Below, in pieces: positions 38,335 to 50,090 of a stretch of 64,000 bases of DNA. The translations under genes were made by a program, and so were the position numbers. Location of the stretch: positions 32,706,430 through 32,770,429 of the forward strand of contig NC_090399.1 in assembly GCF_036365525.1 (NCBI RefSeq). The letters are read 5' to 3'. The notes beneath the pieces were generated by a model, which saw nothing but the letters and a program-made list of their open reading frames with translations, did no database searches and was not told where the DNA came from. How positions within the stretch are numbered: position 1 is the first letter of the stretch; each line of letters begins with the position of its first letter. This stretch comes from Heterodontus francisci (taxonomy: Eukaryota).

Positions 38335-38686
38335 CTGTTAATGGAAGGACAAGTATTAACAAACTGTTCACTATGAGAGATAGAGATAGTCAATGAACAA
38401 GATACAAAGACAGAGAGAGAGAGAAAAACGGAGAGATGGACAAAGACAGAGACACAGATTCACACACAAAGAAAGACAGAGATAGAGCCAGCATGCAAGA
38501 CACAAAGACAGTTAGCGAGAGAGAGAGAGAGATGGACAGAGACACACAGAGAGAAACAAACAGAGAGAGGAAGACAGACATGGAGGGAGCCAGAGAAATG
38601 AACTGTTGAGTGTATTAGACACATATGATGAGCAATGATTCACACAGTTACACAGACATCCAGATGATGTTTGATGGTCAGCTTAC

Positions 38687-38719
38687 TGTTTGTAGGATTG
38701 TAGCCGCTCTTCCCTGCCA
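38687..38719 (-). CDS. MHC class I cytoplasmic exon 1 (33 nt)
   Basis: TTGTTTTTCAG|(V)AGKSGYNPTN A|GTAAGC; size and Tyr match class I exon 6. Confidence 0.88.
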
Positions 38720-38819
38720 CTGAAAAACAAGGAATGCTCAGTGAGTGACAAGACAACAACAGAAAATCGGACTGGAGACAGGCGGGAACTCTGAATGAAA
38801 GCGAGAGATGGACCCTCCC

Positions 38820-39150
38820 CCACACTGAGCCCCTCTCTCCACACTGAGCCCCGATCATGGTCCCCTCGTCCCCACCCTGAGCCCTAATCACAGCCTCCAC
38901 CCTGAGCCTCGATCCTGGTGCCCTCGTCCACACCGAGTCCCAATCCCAGTCCCCTCGTCCCCACCCTGAGCCCCGATCCTGGTTAACGCTTCCCCACCCT
39001 GAGCCCCGATCCTGGTCCCCTCCCTGAGCCCCGATCCTGGTTAACGCTTCCTCACCCTGAGCCCCGATCCTGGTCCCCACTTACCCCCCCCCCCCCACCG
39101 AGCCCTGATCCTGGTCCCCTCATGCCCAGCCTGAGCCCTGACCCTGGTTC
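38820..39150. repeat. GC-rich degenerate minisatellite (CCCTGAGCCCCGATCCTGGT core)
   Basis: Core motif repeated about 10 times. Confidence 0.85.
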
Positions 39151-39368
39151 CCTTGACTCCACCCGGAGCTCTTTTGCTCCAAAATAAGTCTCTCCTTCGT
39201 CGCTGGGCCCTCAGCTCAGCCTCTCCATCCCAAATCTGTACCCTTCCTCATGACCCTGAGCCTCACTCCCTACATCCTGAGCCCCATAGTCTGCCCTCCT
39301 CCACACTCTGGGGCCCACAGCTCCCTCTCTCCCAGTGAGGCTCGGTCCATATTCTCTCCAATTCCTAC

Positions 39369-39476
39369 CTTTCCTCTTATAGACAGCGACAGCCACAATG
39401 GCGAGAACGAAGATCAGCCCGAAGATCCCAAGTACAATCCCGACAGTAACAGGGACCTGGGAGTCAGACTTTAGTC
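39369..39476 (-). CDS. MHC class I connecting peptide/transmembrane exon (108 nt)
   Basis: CTCTCCAACAG|(G)LKSDSQVPVTVGIVLGIFGLIFVLAIVAVAVYKRK G|GTAGGA; phase 1-1. Confidence 0.9.
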
Positions 39477-39811
39477 CTGTTGGAGAGTGAGAGAATGAGA
39501 GAGAGAATCAGAGATATACCAGGATACAGTGTGTCCTTGTAGTACTATAATATCCCAAGACACACTAGGTCCAGTCGTACTGTAATATCCCGGGATATTA
39601 ATCTGTTAATTGTGAATTAATTTTTAAATTATATGCAGCGGAGGGTGTTAATTGGGGATTTACTTGAACACTTATAAGCAGACACTTACTGAGACTGGTA
39701 AAAGTTTTTGACTGACGAGCTACATGTTTGTAATCCTTTTACTCTGCACAAACAGAGTAAAAATAGGCTCCAGCATCATCCTTCCATAACAAGCTTTCTG
39801 GAGGTTAGCAC

Positions 39812-40385
39812 AGGATACACCGGGTCCTGGCATACTGCAATATCCCGGGTTACACTGGATCCTTTTGAACTGTAATATCCAGGGATACAACTGGTCCTGT
39901 TATACTGTAATATTTCAGCATACCCTGGGTCCTGCCGTACTGTAATATTCCAGGATACACCGGGTTCTGCCGTACTGTAATATTTCAGGATACACCGGGT
40001 TTGTCGTACTGTAATATTCCAGGATACACCGGGTCCTGCCGTACTGTAATATTCTAGGATACACTGGGTCCTGCCGTACTGTAATATTCTAGGATACACC
40101 GGGTCCTGCCGTACTGTAATATTCCAGGATACACCGGGTCCTGCCATACTGTAATATTCTAGGATACACCGGGTCCTGCCATACTGTAATATTCTAGGAT
40201 ACACCGGGTCCTGCCGTACTGTAATATTCCAGGATACACCGGGTCCTGCCGTACTGTAATATTCCAGGGTACACTGGGTCCTGTCATACTGTAATATTCC
40301 AGGATACACTGGGCCCTGTCGTACTGTAATATTCCAGGATACAGCGGGTCCTGCCATACTGTCATATCTTGGGATACACCGGCTC
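39812..40385. repeat. 35-bp minisatellite, about 16 copies
   Basis: Unit GTACTGTAATATTCCAGGATACACCGGGTCCTGCC; degenerate copies at 39510-39600. Confidence 0.95.
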
Positions 40386-40802
40386 AACTACTGCCCTCTG
40401 TAACTGGTGTGAGGAGTTTAAAACACTGACAGTTAAGATTTATTTCCATTTCTCTCATTATGAATGTTGCACTTTGTAACTGGATTATCTTTCAAAAATA
40501 GTGATTGACTCCATCTTAAACTTTTAACAGAGAAGTCAGGTGACCTCACATTAACTCTGCTTAAAGACAAGACAGGGATCTTGGTTACCAGGGCAACAAA
40601 AACCCAGATCAAAAATCTTTTGTAAAGCAGAGACTGCAGGGGTATAACACCTGGAAACAATGGGTTTCACCCTCCCTGACTTTCGGATCATAAATAAGGA
40701 GACAGTGACTCTGAAAATGTAAACACAATTGGTAGTTGCGAACACCTGGAAACAATGGAAAGCCTCGGTGCCTCTGCTGTCGCCAGACTTGTGGACTTTG
40801 CA

Positions 40803-41203
40803 TTTTTTTTTCCGTTCATGGGATGCGGCCGTCGCTGGCTAGGACAGCATTTATTGCCCATCCCTAATTCCCTTGAACTGAGTGGCTTGCTCGGCCATTT
40901 CAGAGAGCATTTAAGAGTCAACCACACTGCTGTAGATCTGGAGTCACATGCAGGCCAGACCAGGTAAGAACGGCAGATTTCCTTCCCTAAAGGATATTTG
41001 TGAACCAAATGGGTTTTGACGACAATTAACAATGGTTTAATGATCACCATCAGACTAGCTTTTTTTAAAATTTGAGATTTATTAATTGAATTCAAATTCC
41101 ACCATCTGTCATGGTGTGATTCAAAACCCATGTCTCAGAGCACTAGCCTAGGCCTCTGGATTACTAGCCCAGTGACATTAACACTACACCATAGCCTCCG
41201 CCC
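40803..41203 (-). mobile_element. tRNA-derived SINE equal to head plus tail of the LINE at 46093-49387
   Basis: Degenerate A and B boxes; colinear with 46093-46413, then jumps to 49311-49387; absent from the 3' LTR. Confidence 0.92.
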
Positions 41204-43629
41204 AAAGAGACAAAAATTGCAAGAGACTATTTGCTATTGACTCCAGATAAATTCAACAGATTTTGAGAAGCCAGAAGGCTGTAAGGAAGACGACCAGCTG
41301 TGACAGCCTCAGAAAGGAGGGAGAGATAAAAGAAACATCTACTCTCAGAAGACTGATACAGCAAAAGGCTGCAAGGACTTGAACCTGTTTTGAAAGTTGA
41401 GGTTTGCAGAGAAGTAAAAGACCAAAAGGAACACCAGAAATCGCCTTATTCACAGACGTCCAGGTCGAAAGTCCTCGGAAGAAGTGAGCAAAGAGGACAT
41501 TGACTTTGAGAAAGGTCTGGGAGATCGAACCCAGTGCAACTGGGAGGAGTTTGAGATTTGAGATTTTGCTTTCAAGGAGGACTGTGTAACGTATAAGTGT
41601 GGTGTGAGGTTTTCAAGTGTTTTAATAAGTGAAGAAAATACCTTTCTCTGTATCTTGTTGCATCAGCTACTTACAAAGTACTATTTAGTTAATGGGGATT
41701 CCTTTTAGTTTAGTTGTTGCAATAAAAGTCTTCAAATGTCATATAATTCTTTAAATTGGTCTGGGGGGTTCCTATCTTGTGTTTTAATCTTAATGGTCTC
41801 ACTGAGGCCATAACAAATTGGGGCGCAAGGTCCGGTATATGAATTCAGAGACTGTAAAATGGGTATATTGGAATTTGATGGAATTTAAACAAACAAGATT
41901 TCACAATTACTTTTGCTGTTCTCAAAAGAAAAGTCAGCATGTCTACTTTTAATACTCAAACCTTTGTAAAGAGAAAAGATTTAACTCTCAATGATGTAAC
42001 ACAGTTAACAGTGGATGTGTTAATAGCTGTTGCAGAACAAGTGGGGGTTATTTTAAAATCAAAAGCGAAAAGGCAGAAATTATTGAAGTGGTGGCTCAGC
42101 ATTTTAACTTTGAGGAAGAAAAGAGTGACCTTGATAGCTATCTGATTGAATTAGATGGAATTCAGTTACAAATTAGGTGGCTGGAACTTGAAAAAGAGAA
42201 AGACAGATAATTACAGTTTGAAATGAGAAAACTTGAATTTGAAAGAGAAAGGGAAGAGAAAGATAAAGAAAGAGAAGCCAGGAAGTTTGAACTGGACGAA
42301 GAAAAGATTAGATTTGTGAACAGAGAGTGCCAGGGAGGTTTGAGGATGAATCGATTTAACTTCTGGTTCTGATTTGGCAAGGATTATTTGCTTTGTGCTA
42401 AATTCAGTGAGGACGGAGTTGAAATCTACTTTGTGTCCTTTGAAAAATTGCTGCGAAGTTACAATGTCTGAAAGAAAGTTTGACAATCTTATTGCAAAGC
42501 GTGTTAATGGAAAAGTGTTAGCGGTACATTCAATACTTTTGGAGGAACGGTCAAGTGATTATGAAATGGTTAAAACTGCAGTTCTCAATGCTTACGAGTT
42601 AGTACCAAATGCTTAGAGGCAAAAATTCAGGAATTTTTAAAAAAACAGGGCCAGACATTTCTGGAATTTGCTGGAGAGAAGTAAATGATATTGGATCAAT
42701 GGTATAGGTCCATGAAGATTCAGCAAGACTTTGAAAGCCTCAGTGGAATAATCCTCATGGAAACATTTAAAAATAGTATCCTTTCAGGAATAAGGTCCCA
42801 CCTGGAAGAACATAAAGTTGGTAAAATAAAGAATGCCATGGCAATGGCAGATGATTACAAATTCACCCAAAAAAACAGTAGTTACATGTCCTAGATTGGA
42901 AACTTTCAGAGACGTTGAAAAGATAGGAGGGTTGATAATGAGAAGAGGTTTGGTTTTAGTGGGAGAAAGGGGAAAGGAGAGGATACATGCAATCCCCAGA
43001 GTGGTAAAAAAAAATAATCAGGAGATTAGAGTCGAGTCAAAAGGACCAATGTGTTATTTTTGCAGTAAGGCGGCATATAAAATCAAAATGCTGGAAAATA
43101 AAAGGCAAACCACTAGCCGTGGTAGGTTTACTGAAAGCCTGTCATGTAAAAGATGCCCCAATAGGTGGCACTGCTGACAACCCAGTGGCTTTGGTGATGC
43201 TGAATAGTGAGCAGAGGTGTGCTGCCCTGTGTGCTAATGAATTAAATCAGTTCCCTGAAGGTTATAGAAGTTTTGTGTTCAGGGGTAAGGTGTCCCCATA
43301 TTTGTCAGATGAGGCAGGCAAGCCAATTATGCTGCTTAGAGATAGAGGGGAAACCTAGTCACTAGTGGTAGCAAAGGATGCAAATTTTCCCACCAAGGAG
43401 CACAATGAATGCGAAATTCATAGTGTGAGACATTGAAGTGAGTTATTTATCTGTCCCATTGCCTAAGCTTGATTTGCAATGCTATTTGGTCACTGGTCCG
43501 GTAACAGTGGGAATCGTTCCTGATTTGCATATGCAGGAGTGGATTTATTGTTAGGGAATGGGATAGCTGGGGATAAGGTATTGTCATCTCCAGTAGTTTC
43601 AGAAAAGCCAGTTGAGGTTGCTGAAACTG

Positions 43630-44355
43630 AAGTTTTTTAGTAGCAAAGGAATTTGGGTGTATACGTGCAGAAGTCATTGAAGGTGGCAGGACAGGTTGAG
43701 AGCGCAGTTAACAAAGCATACACTATCCTGGGCTTTATTACTGGGGCATTGAGTACAAGAACAATAAATTTATGTTGAATTCATATAAGACACTAGTTCA
43801 GCCTCCGCTGGAGTACTGTGTCCAGTTCTGGGCACCGCACTTTAGGAAAGACGTGAGCGCATTGGAGGGAGTACAGAAAAGATTCACGAGAATGGTTCCA
43901 GGGATGAGGAACTTCAGTTATGAAAATAGATTGGAGAAGTTTGGATTGTTTTCCTTGGAGAGAAGGCTGAGAGGAGTTTGATAGAGGTGTTGAAAATCAT
44001 GATGAGTATGGGCAGAGTAAACAGGGAGAAACTGTTCCAACTTGTGAAAGAATCCAGAATGCGAGGGCACAGATTTAAAGTATTTGATAAAAGAAGCAAA
44101 AGTGACATGAGGAAAAACTATTCCATGCAGCGAGTGGTTAAGGTCTGCAATGCACTGTCTGAGAACATGGTGGAGACAGGTTCAATTGAAGCATTCAAAA
44201 GGGAATTAGACAGTTACATGAAAAGGAAGAACGTGCAGGATTATGGGGAGCATGTGGGGATTGGAACTGAGGGAGTTGTTCTTTCAGAGAGCTGGTGCAG
44301 ACAAAATGGGCTGAATGGCCTCCTTCTGCACTGTAACTATTCTGTGATTCTGTGA
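43630..44355 (+). mobile_element. CR1 3' fragment nested in the Gypsy
   Basis: YKTLVQPPLEYCVQFWAPHFRKD; TTCTGTGA tail. Confidence 0.9.
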
Positions 44356-44999
44356 ATTTCCTGGAATAATCCCAGATTGAGTGCTGACTAGATCCCAGGC
44401 TCATCCGATTAAACAGAGCGAGATTCAGCTGTGTGGAGAACAATCCGGATGTTTATTTGGCTGAAACTTTTTTCAAGGGTTTGGAGGGGGATATTGGTGG
44501 AAAAGGCTCCAACGTTAGCAATGGTGCATTGTTTAGCAGATTGTCTTTGATTGAGGCACAACAGGCAGACCCTGACTTCAGAAGTTTGTCTCAAACAGTG
44601 TGTTCTGAGGCAGAAGCTGAAAAGGTGCCTGAGTTTTGCTGTGTCAAGAATAAAATTCTAATGAGAAAGTGGAAAGCTGTCCAGAGGTCTGTTCATGAGA
44701 ATTGGGCTATCGTTCATCAGATTGTTGTTCAAACTTTGAGAATTGCCCATGAGATCCCAGTGGCAGGTCATGTGGGTATTCGAAAAACTCAGGCCAGGAT
44801 AAGGTGGCATTTTTATTGAGCAGATTTGCACAAAGATGTGGTTGAATTCTGCAGAACTTGCCATACATGTCAGGTAGTTGGGAAGCCACAGCCTTCATTT
44901 AAACCAGCCCCATAGATACCAACACCTGCTTGAGATGAACCGTTTAGTCAGTTCTTGTTGACTGTGGCAGACCTTAACCCTCAACCTTAACCCACTTCA

Positions 45000-47900
45000 C
45001 AGAAAAAACAGCCATGGACAACTAAAGAGATGAGGGAAAGCATAAAACAAAAAGAAATGGCTCACAAAAACGCAAACGCAGCACAGATCCGGCTGAATGG
45101 GATTGATACAAAAACCAGCAAAGGGTCACAAAATAGCTTATAAGAGCTACTAAAAGAGATTATGAAAGGAAACTTGCAAGGGACATCAAAATCAATAAGA
45201 AGAAATTTTATAGTTACATAAAGGGAAAATGGGTGGTCACAAGCAATATAGGCCCACTAAAAGATGAAAATGGAGATATTGTCATTGATAATGGGGAAAT
45301 GGCAGATATGTTGAACAATTACTTTGCCTCAGTATTTACAGTTCAAAAGGAGGATGACTTGCCGGAAGTCCCGAAAAAATTAATAGCCGATAGGGGACAG
45401 GGACTTAATACAATTAACGTAAGTAAATCATCAGTAACAAGAAAATTAATGGAACTAACGAGTGAGAAATCCCCAGGACCTGACTGTTTCCATCCCAGGG
45501 TGTTAAAGGAAGTAGGCAACCACATTGTAGATGCCCTAACGATAGTCTTTCAGAGTTCCCTAGATTCAGGAGTGCTCCCTCTGGATTGGAAAGTTGCACA
45601 TGTCACTCCACTTTTTAAGAAGGGTGAAAGGGGGAACCAAGGAAATTACAGACCAGTTATCCTGACATCTGTGGTGGGCAAGTTGCTGGTGTCTATAATC
45701 AAGGATAGGGTGACTGAACACCGAGAAAAATTTCAGTTAATCAGGGACAGCCAGCCTGGATTCATGATAGGAAGATCATGCCTGACAAATCTCATTGAAT
45801 TTTTTGAGGAGGTGACTAAGGTAGTGGACAGGGAGTGTCTATGGATGCCATTTATATGGACTTCCAGAAGGCATTTGATAAAGTTCCACATAAGAGACTG
45901 TTAACTAAGGTAGAAGCCCATGGAGTTGAGGGCAAATTATTGACATGGTTAGGAGGTTGGTTGAATGGTAGGCGACAGAGAGTGGGGATAATGGCTAAGT
46001 ACTCTAATTGGCAGGATGTAACGAGTGGTGTCCCGCAGGGACCTGTGTTGGGGCCTCAATTATTCACATTATTCATTAATGACTTGGATGATGGGTAGGC
46101 AGTGGCGTAGTGGTGTTATCACTGGACTAGTAACCCAGAGACCCAGGGTATTTCTCTGGGGACTTGGGTTCGAGTCCCACCACAGCAGAAGGTGGAATTT
46201 GAATTTAATTAATAAATCTGGAATTAAAAGCTAGTCTAATGATGGCCATGAAACCATTGTCGATTGTTGTGAAAACCCATCTTGTTCACTAATTTCCTTT
46301 AGGGAAGGAAATCTGCTGTCCTTACCTGGTCTGGCCGACATGTGACTCCAGACCCACAGCAATGTGGTTAACTCTTACATGCCCTCTGAAATAGCCTAGC
46401 AAGCCACTCAGTTGTATCTAACCGCGACAAAGTCTATAAAAAGGAATGAAACCGGACGGACCACCCAGCATCTACCTAGGCACTAGAAACAACAGTGGCA
46501 AACCCAGCCCTGTCGACCCTGCAAAGTCCTCCTTACTAACATCTGGGGGCTTGTGCCAAAGTTGGGAGAGCTGTCCCACAGACTAGTCAAGCAACAGCCT
46601 GACATAGTCATACTCATGGAATCATTCCTTTCAGACAATGTCCCAGACACTGGCATCACCATCCCCGGGTATGTCCTGTCCCACCGGCAGGACAGACCCA
46701 ACAGAGGTGGTGGCACAGTGATATACAGTAGAGAGGGAGTTGCCCTGGGAGTCCTCAACATCGATTCCAGACCCCATGAAGTCTCATGGCATCAGGTCAA
46801 ACATGGGCAAAGTAACCTCTTACTGATTACCACCTACCGCCCTCCCTCAGCTGATGACTCAGTACTCCTCCATGTTGAACACCACTTGCAGGAAGCACTG
46901 AGGGTGGCAAGGGTACAAAATGTACTCTGGGTGGGGGACTTCAATGTCCATCACCAAGAGTGGCTCGGTAGCACCACTACTGACCGAGCTGGCCGAGTCC
47001 TAAACGACATAGCTGCTCGACTGGGTCTGCAGCAGGTGGTGGGGAAACCAACACGAGGGAAAAACATACTTAACCTCATCCTTACCAATCTGCCTGCCGC
47101 AGATGCTTCTGTCCATGACAGTATTGGTAGGAGTGACCACCGCACAGTACCTGTGGAGACGAAGTCCCGCCTTCACGTTGAGGATACCCTCCATCGTGTT
47201 GTGTGGCACTATCACCGTGCTGAATGGGATAGATTTCGAACAGATCTAGCAATGCAAAACTGAGCATCCATGAGGCGCTGTGGGCCATCAGCAGCAGCAG
47301 AATTGTAGTCAACCACAATCTGTAACCTCAAAGCCTGGCATATCCCCCACTCTACCATTACCATCAAGCCAGGAGACCAACCCTGGTTCAATGAAGAGTG
47401 CAGGAGGGCATGCCAGGAGCAGCACCAGGCATACCTCAAAATGAGGTGTCAACCTGGTGAAGCTACAACCCAGGACTACTTGCATGCCAAGCTGCGTAAG
47501 CAGCATGCGATAGACAGAGCTAAGCGATCCCATAACCAACGGATCAGATCCAAGCTCTGCAGTCCTGCCACATCCAGCCGTGAATGGTGGTGGACAATTA
47601 AACAATTAACTGGAGGAAGTGGCTCCACAAATATCCCCATCCTCAATGATGGGGGAGCCCAGCACATCAATGCGAAAGATAAGGCTGAAGCATTTGCAAC
47701 AATCTTCAGCCAGAAGTGACGAGTTGATGATCCATCTCGGCCTCCTCCTGAAGTCCCCAGCATCACAGATGCCAGACTTCAGCCAATTCGATTCACGCCC
47801 CGTGATATCAAGAAGCGACTGAAGGCACTGGATACTGCAAAAGTTATGGGCCCTGAGAATATTCCGGCAATAGTACTGAAGACCTGTACTCCAGAACTTG

Positions 47901-50090
47901 CCATGCCCCCAGCCAAGCTGTTCCAGTACAGCTGCAACACTGGCATCTACCCTGCAATGTGGAAAATTGCCCAGGTATGTCCTGTACACAAAAAGCAGGA
48001 CAAGTCCAACCCGGCCAACTACCGCCCCATCAGCCTACTCTCAATCATCAGTAAAGTGATGGAATGTGTCATCAACAGTGCCATCAAGCGGCACTTGCTT
48101 AGCAATAACCTGCTCAGTGATGCTCAGTTTGGGTTCCGCCAGAGCCACTCAGCTCCTGACCTCATTACAGCCTTGGTTCAAACATGGACAAAAGAGCTGA
48201 ACTCAAGAGGTGAGGTGAGAATGGCTGCCCTTGAGATCAAGGCAGCATTTGACCGAGTATGGCATCAAGGAGCCCTAGCAAAACTGAGGTCAATGGGAAT
48301 CAGGGGGAAATCTCTCCGCCGGCTGGAGTCATACCTAGCGCAAAGGAAGATGGCTGTGGTTGTTGGAGTTCAATCATCTGAGCTCCAGGACATCACTGCA
48401 GGAGTTCCTCAGGGTAGTGTCCTCGGCCCAACCATCTTCAGCTGCTTCATCAATGACCTTCCTTCAATCATGAAGTCAGAAGTGGGGATGTTTGCGGATG
48501 ATTGCACAATGTTCAGCACCATTCGTGACTCCTCAGATACTGAAGCAGTCCGTGTAGAAATGCAGCAAGACCTGGACAATATCCAGGCTTGGGCTGATAA
48601 GTGGCAAGTAACATTCGCGCCACACAAGTGCCAGGCAATGACCATCTCCAACAAGAGAGAATCTAACCATCTCCCCTTGACATTCAAAGACATTACCATC
48701 GCTGAATCCCACTATCAACATCCTAGGGGCTACCATTGACCGAAAACTGAACTGGAGTAGCCATATAAATACCGTGGCTACAAGAGCAGGTCAGAGGCTC
48801 GGAATCCTGAGGCGAGTAACTCACCTCCTGACTCCCCAAAGCCTGTCCACCATCTACAAGGCACAAGTCAGGAGTGTGATGGAATACTCTCCACTTGCCT
48901 GGATGGGTGCAGCTCCAACAACACTCAAGAAGCTCAACACCATCCAGGACAAAGCAGCCTGCTTGATTGGCACCCCATCTACAAATATTCACTCCCTCCA
49001 CCTCAACGCACAGTAGCAGCAATGTGTACCATCTACAAGATGCACTGCAGCAATGCACCAAGGCTCCTTAGACAGCACCTTCCAAACCTGCGACCTCTAC
49101 CAACTAGAAGGACAAGGGCAGCAAATACATGGGAACACCACCACCTGCAAGTTCCCCTCCAAGTCACACACCATCCTGACTTGGAACTATATCGCCGTTC
49201 CTTCACTGTTGCTGGGTCAAAATCCTGGAACTCCCTTCCTAAAAGCACTGTGGGTCTACCTACCCCAAATGAACTATAGCGGTTCAAGCAGGCAGCTCAC
49301 CACCACCTTCTCAAGGGCAATTAGGGATGGACAATAAATGCTGGCCTGGCCAGTGACGCCCCCATCCCATGAATGAATAAAAAAAAAGTCCAAATTTGCT
49401 GATGATACAAAGTTAGACAGAATTGTAGACAGTCTAGATGATAGCATAAAATTGCAAAGAGATATTGACAGACTAGGTGAGTGGGCAAAACTGTGGCAGA
49501 TGGATTTCGATGCGGGCAAGTACGAGGTTATCCATTTTGGACCAAAGAAGGATAGAGCAGGGTACTTTCTAAATTGGATGAGGTTAATTACAGTGGATGT
49601 CCAAAGAGACTTGGGGTTCAGGTGCATAGATCTTTGCTTAACAAAAAACTATCTCAGATTTAAAATTAGCAACTGTTCCAGCTTCAACTGCTGTTTGTGG
49701 GAGAGAGTTCCAAACCTCTACCACCCTTTGCATGAAGAAGTGCTTCCTAACCTCTCTCCTGAATGGTCTGGTCCTAATTTTTAGACTGTGCCCCCTAGTT
49801 TTAGAATCTCCAACCCATGGAAATAGTTTATCTTTATCTAGCCTGTCTTTTCCTGTTAATATCTTGAAGACTTCAATCAGATCACTCCTTAACCTTCTAA
49901 ATTCTAGCGAAAACAGGCCTAATTTGTGTAATCCCTCCTCGTAACGTAACGCAAAGATATTAAGGGATATGGGCCAAAGGTAGGTATATGGAGTTAGGCC
50001 ATGGATCAGCCATGATTTAATTGAATGGCAGGACAGGCTCGAGGGGCTGAATGGCCTACTCCTGTTCCTAACGTCCTATGTCCTATGTTC
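45000..50090 (+). mobile_element. CR1 ORF2 fragment in the Gypsy integrase, itself interrupted at 46093-49387 and with an inverted piece at ~49630-49945
   Basis: KSPGPDCFHPRVLKE..FINDLDD, resuming SKFADDTK at 49388; CCTATGT tail. Confidence 0.9.
46093..49387 (+). mobile_element. Full-length single-ORF (APE-RT) CR1-group LINE with a tRNA-derived Pol III 5' end
   Basis: A box TGGCGTAGTGG 46103-46113, B box GGTTCGAGTCC 46167-46177; APE motifs (TNIWGL, WVGDFN, SDH); RT motifs (PQGSVLGP, FADD); tail ATGAATGAATAAAA; few stops or frameshifts. Confidence 0.93.

Noticed and set aside
44970-44995. Telomere-like TAACCC filler at a CR1 5' junction
   Set aside because: Too short and imperfect to distinguish from chance.
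46093-46190. tRNA genes here and at the V-SINE heads
   Set aside because: A and B boxes run on into SINE/LINE bodies; no complete cloverleaf recognised.
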